DNA of 64,000 bases, taken from contig VJWM01000196.1 in assembly GCA_010909165.1 (NCBI GenBank), positions 186,001 through 250,000 of the forward strand. Direction: 5' to 3'. Below, piece after piece: positions 23,916-34,211 of this stretch; positions within the stretch are counted from its first letter, which is position 1; each line of letters begins with the position of its first letter. Origin of the DNA: Anthoceros angustus (Eukaryota > Plantae > Anthocerotophyta). Made by a program: the position numbers and the translations under genes. Below the pieces are notes generated by a model. The model was not told where the DNA came from. It worked only from the letters and a program-made list of their open reading frames with translations, and made no database searches.

Positions 23916-24440
23916 GAATGTGGAGACTTTATAAATATACAAAGATGGGAAGTTTCATCTACGTTGGGGCAATGGGGAACCAATCTCTAGAGGGCCCAAG
24001 CCAAGGAGGACTAGGCCCTAGAATGTCTACCGTGAACTTACCTACCGCTTCCAAGATGTAAGGAAGGGCCTACTAACCATCAGAGCTGAACATGCTACGT
24101 TCTCCGCATTAGAAGCTATCCTAAAAATTGCATGTGCCAACGCCCTTTGCAGAGCAATGGATCCTCATTACCAGAAGAGAGCCACCACGAAGCAAAGAGG
24201 GAGACCTACCTCGTTCTTGCCGATGTAGTATGTTTTAGCACAACCCTTGCTAAACCTCAAGAAGTCCTTGCCCGTGGCCCCATGAGTCTCATTAGCAAGG
24301 GGAATGAAAGCATAACCTTCCTCCATGGGGGTGTACTTGTGAACCTTAGCTATAATGCATCCCTCTGCCCCCCAACCTGGAGGGTTGATAATGACATATG
24401 CTCGCACAGGATATCCAAGTAGGTATGTTATAACCACATA
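23916..24440 (-). mobile_element. Short 3' fragment of a second CRE-like non-LTR element (RLE C-terminus + 3' UTR)
   Basis: YVIINPPGWGAEG..AKVHKY..FIPLANETHGATG..F, followed by SIALQRALAHAIF. It shares the 3' terminal GAATGTGGAGACTT (plus strand) with the copy at 11781. Confidence 0.72.
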
Positions 24441-25058
24441 TGCAACTGGTCCCTATCAGAAATTATTTTTTAAATACCATATATATAATTATTATTACTC
24501 ATTGCTATGAGTTATCTTTGTCTAAATCCCTCCCTTAGACTAAGTCATGTTGTAGGTAACGTTGGAAGCGTCTCATGGGATGAAAATGGAACAAAGCGTT
24601 TTAGCACGCGCTATGTAGGACATCCCCAGCTGCATAAGGTGCCCGGGAGTGGCGAGAATTCGATCGCTTTCCAGTCACATACTGCGGCCAATCTGCTTGA
24701 TGTCCAGTGTTTACAGTGCTGGCCGAATATGAACACCCCGGGCGGTGAGACTGACTGAGTCAAACTTTATGATCATGAGGAGGTGCTAACTTTTCTGGTT
24801 ACAAGTGTGCCTGAAAAGGGTGCGTGGATAAAGCAGACTGCAGATGGACCGCATGTGTATGGCAGGCAAGGACAAGCCCTAATGAGCCTTGTTCGGCTCC
24901 TCTCATAAACAAAAGCTGGTCTCTTCTCAGAACTTTGCGTCCAGTCTCCGTCTTTGGCTCTTCGGCCTGCTACAGGACCTCGCACTTGGAGGACGGCTAG
25001 TAACGTTGTCAAGAAATCCCTCTGGCACGGGGGGTGGACACAGGGCAGGATCCATTCG

Positions 25059-26250
25059 ATGGCCCCATCATTTCAATTTCTGATGCTTACTCTGGCAATC
25101 CATGGATTCTGCTTGAACATGCTGACTGCGAAAGCAGAGCAGAGTCCGGGGGGTTTGCAGAGAGCTTTCTATAAGCACAGTTGCCCACCAGCAGAATCCA
25201 TAGTGTTTGAAACTGTGAAATGTGCTCTCGACCAGGACCCAGCATTGGCGGGCGCCTTTCTACGGATGATGTTCCATGATTGCTAGATCCGGGTAAGTAC
25301 AGGCACACTGAATTCTGTGCGCCAATTTCTTCGAAACCTCTCTGAGTAGTCTCTGACTCATGCCTTCTGACACACCGGTACCGCTGCAGGGATGCGACGC
25401 CTCTGTGCTGCTCGACTCCACACGCAACAGCACAGCGGGGAAAGACGGGCTGGCAAACAATGGCAGCCTCCGAGGGTTCGAAGTCCTGGACGCGGCCAAG
25501 TCCGAACTCGAAGCCCAGTGCCCGGGTGTAGTCTCCTGTGCGGACCTTGTTGTCTTGGCGGCGTGCGACAGCGTATTTCTTGTCTGGCTCAACAACCCAT
25601 CACACCTGCTTGTGAAGTTGTGACCAGGCTATCACATGGTTTCTTCCTTCCGCTCCCGAGACTGACGTCGATGCTTGAATTGCTGCAAATGGCTGCAGAG
25701 TGGGGGACCCTGGTACTACGTTCCCGCTGGGAGGAGAGACGGCACAGTGTCGCTGGCGTCGGAGACGGCTCTCCTGCCCAGCCCAAGGCTGGCCGCGGCT
25801 CAGTTCGTTGCCAACTTCACAAGCATGGGACTGAGCCAAGAGGATTTGGTGGCGCTCTCCGGAGCCCACACAATCGGGCAGGCAAGGTACAGCTTCGTCC
25901 AGGCCACCAGGCTCATTACGCCGCAAGACCCGCCACTCGACCCGGCGTTCGCCGCGGAATTGCAGGCTGAATGCAGTGGTGCTAGCAGTACCTCCCGCAT
26001 CTTCATGGACGCGGATTCACCCAAGACTTTCGACAACGGCTACTACAAGGACCTGGTGGCTAACAAGGGTTCCGTTCCGACCAATCGCTCTACGATGATC
26101 CCGCCACCCGCGATCTCGTAGTGTCATACGGCCAGAACTTGGACATGCTTGCCTCCAAGTTTGCGGAAGTCATGGGCAAATAGGGAGCCCAACGTTCTCA
26201 CAGGCGATGCCGGACAAATCCGACTCGACTGTCATCGCATCAACCCGTGA
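25059..26250 (+). pseudogene. Class III peroxidase copy E (more divergent), premature stop and frameshift
   Basis: MAPSFQFLMLTLAI..FYKHSCP..RMMFHDC*IR (TAG at ~25284), [14 protein letters not shown] and FDNGYY, with a frameshift after DLVANKG. Confidence 0.88.
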
Positions 26251-27369
26251 AGGCCAGATTCCCACAGTGTGGACTCGTAAAAGTGTAGACTGTTTGTAAA
26301 ATAGCTTTAGAACATGGTGCCAGGTCTCAACCGGGCCCCTACCGCTGGCCTTCTCGCCGATCACTTGGGCCCGCTCATCGGCCCAAGTGTCAGATATGAT
26401 ATGAATGATGACGTGGCGGAGGATACCGTAAATCCTAGCATACAAAATGGATAATAATATATGTAGTGTGATTTAGCGAGGGTTTTAGTCCCTAGCGGTA
26501 TATGCCAGGACGAGGTGTTGCCAGAGCATCTGTCCTCACATCTCACAAAGCATATTCTTGTGCCTCCGTAACAAGCATATGTCCATCAAACAACAGATTC
26601 AAGAAGAGTCGCAAAAACTCTGCCTACAAAAAATCCACGTGAAAGGACTGAAGGTACGTCATTCACCGGCTCCTGAATTTCTGCCACCAGATACCCAACC
26701 GCAGTTGATCCGCGCTTTCAAATGAAACAGGAAAGATCCAAGCCCGCCTTGCCACAGCGACCTCGCATTCGTCTGCTTCATCGAGAGCTTGCCCTCTCAT
26801 TCATGCACAGTGCCTAACCTGATGTGAAGCCAGCTCAGGACAAGAGCAAGCAGCCATGTCTGCACCTTCCCGTCCCAGCATGCCTGCAACTTGACTTGCA
26901 ACATACAAGCTACATAGCAGAAACTTCAATTCTCCAGACAGACGTGTTAGGCGAACGGCAACAACCTGCTCTTCACCTCCACTTTCAGCAGCTTAGCAGG
27001 ATCCGGGCCCCAGGCACTTTGACAGAGCCACACATATATCCGTGCCAGAGATATGAGCTCCCAGGAACTGGGGAACGAGGAGTGGAAAGAAGACCACGTC
27101 TTGCTGCAACTTTAGGGTTTGGCGAAAACGTTGAGATCAGAGTTCGGAGTAAGCTAGAAAGGTACTTTGGACCAATCTGAGTGCTCGGATATCCACAGGA
27201 GTTGCTGATCAGGTGGGTGCTTGCCGATCCTGCCATGGCACATTCCGAGGATAAGCTTTCCCTGCCAGTAGCACGGTGGCCGCTCCAGCACTGCCCGGCG
27301 TTGCGCTTGCGCGTGCGCAGGCTGTGCGTGATGCTGCCCTGGCTGCGGCGCTTTTGAGGAGGCCTCACC

Positions 27370-29331
27370 ATGCTCTGCCACGCCCGATTCTCGCCCGCGG
27401 GGCCTGGAGCTGCAGCAGCAGGTGCAGCGGCTTGTCTCCGGCACGGAGGGGGCAGGCCGGACAGGGTATGCCTGCCGTCTGGCATTGCTTTGGATGCCGG
27501 GGTTTGGAGGAGCATTGATGTGAGTGCTGGTGCGGTGGGAATTGCGCGCAGGCAGCTGGAGCGGAAGCGTCTGCCGAGCAGCGTAGGCAAGCTTGAGTTT
27601 CCGGTCTGGTGCGCTGCTGTTGAAAACCCCGTGCTGGCCGAGCCTGTCTGTGATGCTCTCACCTCCTTGCAAGAAGCCTTGGAGGTGAACGGTAGGGTAG
27701 ACAGCGGCAGCAGCAGCAGCAGTCTTCTTGATCACTCGGGCTGGAGTAGCATAGGTGTTGATGAGCAAGGGAGCTATGTTGCAGCTCCGCGGGCGGCAGC
27801 CCGAGTGGTGGAAGGCGGAGCCGGGGATCGGAGTGGCGGCACCCGTGGTGGATGTGAGGAAGCAGATACTAATGTTGCAGGTGCAGGATCCGAAGCAGAG
27901 GACAGGGCCGGCACTCGTGGCGGATGTGAGGCTGCTGATGCTGATGCTATTCCTTCTTACTTGCACAGAGTAGGTCATGGTGCCGGCCAAGCCACCTCGG
28001 CCTCCCCGCAGTTGCAGTTTGTGCAGTCCGGCATCAATGCGAGGGATCTGAGCGAGGGTGTGGCGAGGGTGGCACGAGCTGCCGTAGACGAGGATGGCAG
28101 GGAGTGGAAGCCGCCAAGCTACTCGCGGGACAGTGAGGGAGGCACGGATGGCACGGGCAAGCTGGCTGCCCTGTCTCCGGCCGGGGCCGGCGCCGGCGCC
28201 GGGGTGATGCTGTACAGGTCTGAAGAGGAGAGCAAGATCGTAGGCACGGCCTGGGAGAAGCTGGTGCGATGGTCCCGCTCGTGGCAAACCCTGAACGCCC
28301 GGAAGGAGTCCCACGCCTTGCGCACCACCAAGAAAGTGGCGGTGCTGGGAGGCGGGTCCTTCGGCACGGCCATGGCGGTGATGCTGGCCCGGAACAAGGC
28401 GGAGATGGAGGTGACGCTGCTGCTGCGGGATCCGGAGGTGTGCCATTCCATCAACCAGCGGCATGTGAACCCCAGGTACTTCCCACGGCACACTCTCCCG
28501 GCCAATGTGGTGGCCACCACGGAGGCGCGGGAGGCACTGGGGGGCGCGGAGTATTGCATCCACGCCGTGCCGGTGCAGCACAGCGGCGCCTTCCTGCGCG
28601 CCATTGCGGAGCATGTGCCGTCCAGCCTCCCCATCCTCTCGGTGAGCAAGGGGCTGGAGCTGCAGACGCTGGAGATGATGTCGCAGGTGATCCCGCGCGC
28701 CCTGGGCAACCCGCGGCAGCCGGTAGCCGTGCTCTCGGGCCCGTCCTTCTCCATCGAGCTTATGGACGAGCTTCCCACGGCCATGGTGGCGGCCTCCAAG
28801 GACCAGGACCTGGCTCGCGCTGCGCAGCAGCTGCTGGCGTCGCGCTACCTGCGGGTGAGCACCTCCAGCGACGTGGTGGGCGTGGAGATGGCGGGCGCGC
28901 TCAAGAACGTGCTGGCCATCGCGGCCGGCATCGTGGAAGGCATGAATCTGGGCAACAACTGCATGGCCGCCCTGGTGGCTCAGGGCTGCTCGGAGATCCG
29001 ATGGCTCGCCGAGAAGATGGGCGCCAAGGCCGCCACCCTGGCGGGTCTGTCGGGCACCGGGGACATCATGCTCACTTGCTTCGTCAAGCTCTCACGCAAC
29101 CGCTCCGTGGGCGTCCGCCTGGGCTCCGGGGAGAAGTTGGACGACATTCTGGCGTCCATGAGTCAGGTCGCGGAGGGGGTTGCCACTGCCGGTGCCGTCA
29201 TCGCCCTCGCGCGCAAGTACCGAGTGCAGATGCCCGTCCTCACAGCCGTGGCGCGGATTCTCGACAACCAGCTCACTCCCAAGACAGCCGTGCTGGCCCT
29301 CATGAGCCTGCCTCAGGTGGAGGAAGTCTGA
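27370..29331 (+). CDS. GLY1: Plastid NAD(P)H-dependent glycerol-3-phosphate dehydrogenase / DHAP reductase (GLY1/SFD1 type), single exon, long N-terminal extension
   Basis: AWEKLVRWSRSW, Rossmann VLGGGSFGTAMA, HAVPVQ, SKGLE, SGPSF, GALKNVLAIAAG, GLSGTGDIMLTC, SRNRSVG, VAEGV and the C-terminus LPQVEEV lie in one 653-aa frame. The true start codon is uncertain. Confidence 0.92.
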   Translation: MLCHARFSPAGPGAAAAGAAACLRHGGGRPDRVCLPSGIALDAGVWRSIDVSAGAVGIARRQLERKRLPSSVGKLEFPVWCAAVENPVLAEPVCDALTSLQEALEVNGRVDSGSSSSSLLDHSGWSSIGVDEQGSYVAAPRAAARVVEGGAGDRSGGTRGGCEEADTNVAGAGSEAEDRAGTRGGCEAADADAIPSYLHRVGHGAGQATSASPQLQFVQSGINARDLSEGVARVARAAVDEDGREWKPPSYSRDSEGGTDGTGKLAALSPAGAGAGAGVMLYRSEEESKIVGTAWEKLVRWSRSWQTLNARKESHALRTTKKVAVLGGGSFGTAMAVMLARNKAEMEVTLLLRDPEVCHSINQRHVNPRYFPRHTLPANVVATTEAREALGGAEYCIHAVPVQHSGAFLRAIAEHVPSSLPILSVSKGLELQTLEMMSQVIPRALGNPRQPVAVLSGPSFSIELMDELPTAMVAASKDQDLARAAQQLLASRYLRVSTSSDVVGVEMAGALKNVLAIAAGIVEGMNLGNNCMAALVAQGCSEIRWLAEKMGAKAATLAGLSGTGDIMLTCFVKLSRNRSVGVRLGSGEKLDDILASMSQVAEGVATAGAVIALARKYRVQMPVLTAVARILDNQLTPKTAVLALMSLPQVEEV

Positions 29332-29730
29332 CGATGTACTCTACCTCATTTTTTCTTGTGCCATATTCTTTTTTCCTTTCACTCCACAGTCCCCGCTCCC
29401 TCCCTCCATTGCCTTGGCCTATTGCCGATGGCATTTGCGCATCACCTCCACTACTAACCTTTTTCTCCTTGGCGTTTCTCAATGCAACCCTGGTCTTCCT
29501 CTGTATATTGGCAGGGGCAAGCAACGCCAGAAATGCAGCTAGCATACCTTCCTGCAGAAATGGAAAAACCCTTCACACGATGATATCCTAAACCTCACTG
29601 AGAATTCAAAGATTGACGCGTTACAGCTGCCAATTAGCCACCGCATTGAAATTGTGAAGTGATTTTGATATCTATCTGCAAACAAAACTCACTTCTGGAC
29701 TAGCTCCAGTTTTGCTGAGGAAAGGATTGA

Positions 29731-30735
29731 TCAGTGCAGCAAAGGAGCGACTTCGTTTATGTAGGATCGCGCTAACAGTTCTCCCAGCTGAGCCTGGCCC
29801 TTAGTGCTAAGGTAAACCCCATCGGGCTGCAATTCAAGGCCTTCAGCATCCACAAAGTAGACTCCTGGCAAGGACGAAACGATTGACCTTTGTGACCCTC
29901 GAATGCGCTGGTACAACAACTCCACATCAGCAGCCGCCGTAATCCCAACCTGCAACCCGATGCCATCCGCTTCATTATTTGCAATTCTCATCAAATTACG
30001 AGGCATCCTCATTGTAGGTTAGGTTTAGGGGACTGTCATACATACCACAAAGACAGGCACGTTGATATACAAGTCTGCTCTGAAGCTGGTGATCATACTC
30101 CGCAACCGTTCCTGGTACAGGGAGGCCTCGACTGGGGATGTGGCATCGCCCTCCCCCCCGTACCATATCAGCGATGTGATGCGGCCACCTAACGCAGTTG
30201 AAGCCTCGGCCCGCCTCACCATGATCTCGTAAAGCGGCTCTCCCTTCTGCCAATCCCTCATGTTGCTGTTGGAGACGGCGCACGGCACAAGGCCGACTCT
30301 GGAGCTGGGAGGGAGGCGCTGGCTTCTTGCCACAGCGGCGCCGAAAGCCAGACCTGGCCCGACCCCCACCGTGCCGTAGTTGATATCGATGCCCTGGTGC
30401 AGGGGCTCCCGGGCGTCCTCCCATTCCAGGAACTCGGTCAGTCGCAACACGGTTCCCCCTGGATATACATCCTCCAAGGGGACGACCCTATCCCAGATCC
30501 CCAAGCGCACCCCGCCTCGCCCCACCATGTTGTTTTGTCCCGCCAGGACCACCACATCGATCGGGCCTTGCCCTTCTGCACCTGCTTGTAGACACGTGAC
30601 TCTCGACAGTTAGTCCCATGCAGAGCTTATGTAGAATTCCCTGGTGGACTTCGTCGGTTGAATCTCACTACCTTTGGCAGCTGGTGCAAGCAGAATTGTT
30701 GTTATGAGGATCAAAATTGGGAGAGGTGATGCCAT
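29731..30735 (-). CDS. Secreted SGNH/SASA (CE6-like, At4g34215 family) esterase homolog with substituted catalytic residues; complement(join(29731..29949,30046..30581,30672..30735))
   Basis: Signal exon MASPLPILILITTILLAPAAK, then VLAGQNNM..EPLH..GVGPG..GLVPCA..WYGGEGD..DGVY. Splice sites are intact and there is no premature stop. Confidence 0.85.
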
Positions 30736-31301
30736 CCTGCAGCCTTGCCGATACACGAAAGGAGAGCACGGCGCTCATGAATCCCACAGTTTTGTCACAA
30801 ATATTGCATTGTCACTAAACAAAGGATTTTTTAGGCTCTCACTTTTAAGTTTGGTCATCGACCTTTGAGTACGATTTCCAAGACGGAATAAGCACCGGAA
30901 ACGTGGGTCGTCTGGATTCTGCAATCCTGGATGCAACCTAGCTAGCTTAGCCTAAAAACGTCTTTTTTGTGCTAGCTGTTGACCTGAGGATACATGTATT
31001 GTCGAAGCCTTCATCCCATGGTCGTCCATCGCCACGGGTAACATATGATGTCTTCAATCGACTTTCCTTGTGAACGACCCAGAGAAAGTATGGTGTGTGA
31101 CAAGTGCGCTTGACACTTTTTTTTAATGATCACCATGTTTATTTCACAGAAATCAGGAGTCATGCTATGCTGTGGACGATGCATAACAGAACAATCAAAG
31201 GCCGCGAACCAATGTTTACTTTACAGAAATCTGGAGCTTACATCTCATGTTAGTGTGGATGATGCGTAACAGAGCAATCCAGAACTGCAGTCCTGAAGAA
31301 A

Positions 31302-32334
31302 TTAGCCAAACAGTGGAATAGCGTACTGGATGTATGCTTGCGCTAACTTCAGACCCAGCTGAGTCGCACCCGTGGTGGTGAGATGCACTCCATCCGGCCC
31401 CAGATCCAGGCCCTCTGCATCCACATAATAGGTGTAACGCAGGGACCGCACCACCGATATCTGCGCCTCCCGAACAGCCTGGTAAGACGGTGACGAGTTC
31501 CTCTTCGTGATGCCCACCTGCCAGTAAGAGCGATCATGCACGCCATTAAATTAAATCCCATGTAACGCCACATTCTTGCAGCGAAAGACCAACAATCTGG
31601 ACCATCTTACGATGAAGACGGGTAGATTGTTGAGATACAGATCGGCTCTCAAGTCGGTAATCATTTTCTCCAGTCTTTGCTGGTAGAGTTGCGCTTCCTC
31701 GGGGCTCGAGGAATCGGCTTCACCTTGGTACCACAGCAGGGCGGTGATACGGCCGTCTGATTCCACAGCGGCCTGGGCCCGGCGCACCATGATTTCGTAC
31801 AGAGGCTGCCCCTGCTCCCACTCCCGCAGCCCTGAGCCCCCGATTGCGCACGGGACCAGACCGACTGCAGCTCCTTGAGACAGTTTCCTGCTTCTGGCCA
31901 CAGTGGCCCCGAACACCAGGCCTGGCCCGACCCCCATTGTGCCCCTGTCGATGCCCTCGTGCAGAGGCTCTTGTGCTTCTACCCACTGCAGGTTACCTGA
32001 CAGTTTCAACACCGATCCCTCTGGATATCCGCTCTCAGTCGGGACGACGCGGTCCCAGACCCCGAAAGTCACCCCGCCCCTCCCTGACATGTTGCTCTGC
32101 CCCGCCAGGAGCACCGCCTCAATCACCTGGGCCTTCTCTCCTGATAACAATCGGTGCAACATAGCGCCAGTGCGTGGTCATCGTCATGATTTCTACTGGT
32201 AGTGCTCTTGTTTATGGAAATGCCAAGTCCCAACTCCGAACTGGGAAATGCTGGTCAAGATTGCCCTACTCACCTCGCACTGGTGCAAGAAAAAGCGTAA
32301 GCAAGAGGAACACAATCGGCGTGGGTGCTGCCAT
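31302..32334 (-). CDS. Secreted SGNH/SASA (CE6-like, At4g34215 family) carbohydrate esterase; complement(join(31302..31517,31611..32140,32274..32334))
   Basis: Signal exon MAAPTPIVFLLLTLFLAPVR, GQSNM (catalytic Ser), EPLH, GVGPG, GLVPCAIGG, WYQGEAD and DGVH (catalytic Asp/His). Confidence 0.92.
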
Positions 32335-34211
32335 CCTGATCCTGCCGCGGCCTCCAAGGTTCGCGAGTGTGGCAGGCTCAGGATACCAATTTATTTAGCT
32401 TTTTTTCTGGTTGCTCATCACCTTCCGCCGGGCTCACTCGTCAAGGCCAACATGCTACACGCACCGAGGCAGAATAAGCATAATTTCCTGAGCATAACTT
32501 GTGCACAACAATATGCATCCCTGTTGGAATAACCCCTCTAACCACAAATGTTTCTTGGTAGGTAGTTTACGTACTTGTTTCAAAACAAGTCGCATGAGAA
32601 TGGTAGGAGGTTTTGAGGGTCAATTATGCATCTAAAATGAATATATTATTCGATATTATAAAAATAAATATTATTAATGATAATAAGGTTCTCATTCAAC
32701 TTAATCCTAGAAAGGGTTGCAACTCGTGGATCCTTTTGTGGAAACGGAGGCACTCATGCATTATGGATATTAAAAGCCATTAGGCCCACTGATTTCGCGC
32801 GGAAAGGCTTAAGGCTTCAAAGTGCCCAACTCTATAGGATTCAAAGTGCTCAGGTGAGTTCATGGGAACCGAACACTTACACAACATCTTCTCTTCTTCT
32901 ACCAAGTTGGCTATTTCTGGAGGTTCCCCACTTTGGAACTCCCTATGGCCTAGTTTCAGACAAGTTCTTAAGCTTTCTAGGTGGAATTACTCCCTGCATC
33001 TAGAGCAGAAGTATTGGGCCTCCCACTGCAAGGGTGTTATGATATATGGAAGCCTCGCCGTGTTACCTCCATCTGGCATTTTCAGCATCTTTCCAACGTC
33101 TACTGGCAGGGTGTGGTGACTTTGGTAGATATTTGGGACCATAAGGTAGGGAACTGGAAACCAAATTGGGCAATACATTTCAATTTCACATCTCCGGGAC
33201 CCAAAGATGTGCTGCTTTCATCCTCTAGCGAGTATAATAAGATTTGTTTGATGAGGTCCTTTCCGCCTTGTGAATTCCAGAGCAGGTACAAGATGGCTTA
33301 TTAAACATGATAAATTCAGCTTTGGTCCAGATCTAACCTCTATGTCCAAATTCGGTTTTCTTCTCTAATTAGCTGCGGTCTGGGGTGCATCCACCTTAAT
33401 TGGATCGTTTTCTGCCTCACAGGGATGGCCAACTAATCCTTGTACAAAGTGGTATTTTACACTCGGGTGTGGGTTGTCCTATGGTGACGGTCATGTTCGA
33501 GTATGAAATTCCAATCTTTGGTGGCTCGTAGATGAACTATTATGCAACCAGCAAGAATGGGGTGGTTACAGGATATGGTGGGAAGGCTCTGCTTCCTTCT
33601 TCGGTCGTATCCCTCTCGGGGCATGGCATTGGCCTGGTGCAAGACGTGCTAGTATAGGGACTTTGAGATCCTTTCTTAACATTTCCACTTTGCTGCTATA
33701 TCGTCTAGCAGCCAATTAGCTATCAAACCGCAGCCTTCTTGCCCCTCATCTCCAGGTGAATCCTTCCTTTCACAACAGGATCCTCAAGTTGGTATGGGAA
33801 AGTCTCAATACTGCTGAAACGTATAGAGGCACTCTATGGCGGATGCTCCAGACTGCTCTTCCAAATTCTGACCAATGGAATGGCTTCTTCGAAGCCGCCG
33901 GGTGCTGACTTGTGTTTTATGTACTTCTGGGCAGGAACACAAGAGTGAATATTTCTTCTTTAGATGGGGTGGATGCACGGTTTGGTGTACCATATGAATG
34001 TGCAACAACCGCAACACGGATTTATGTCCACTTGTGTCCACTTTTTCCGTTTACAAAATTTTCGAGCCATCAATTTACGTCGAAATTGCCTGAAATTTTT
34101 CAGGCAAAGGGTGACCATCTAGACAAACACACCCAAAAAAACTTCAGCTCCAGAAAGTCACATTTATGGTATAAACATTTTATAGCTGGATTTGACCATA
34201 AAAGTACATAT

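Noticed and set aside
27370-29331. Horizontal transfer of a bacterial gpsA (intronless, GC-rich)
   Set aside because: The plant-specific AWEKLVRWSRSW and LPQVEEV termini place it with plant GLY1/SFD1.
27154-29591. Long overlapping ORFs 27154..28614 (-, 486 aa), 28119..28799 (-) and 28269..29591 (+, 440 aa)
   Set aside because: These are shadow frames of the very GC3-rich GLY1 gene, with no recognisable motifs.
1-32400. Plant biosynthetic gene cluster
   Set aside because: No scaffold-forming enzyme (terpene synthase, PKS, OSC) and no P450 or 2OGD tailoring genes are present.
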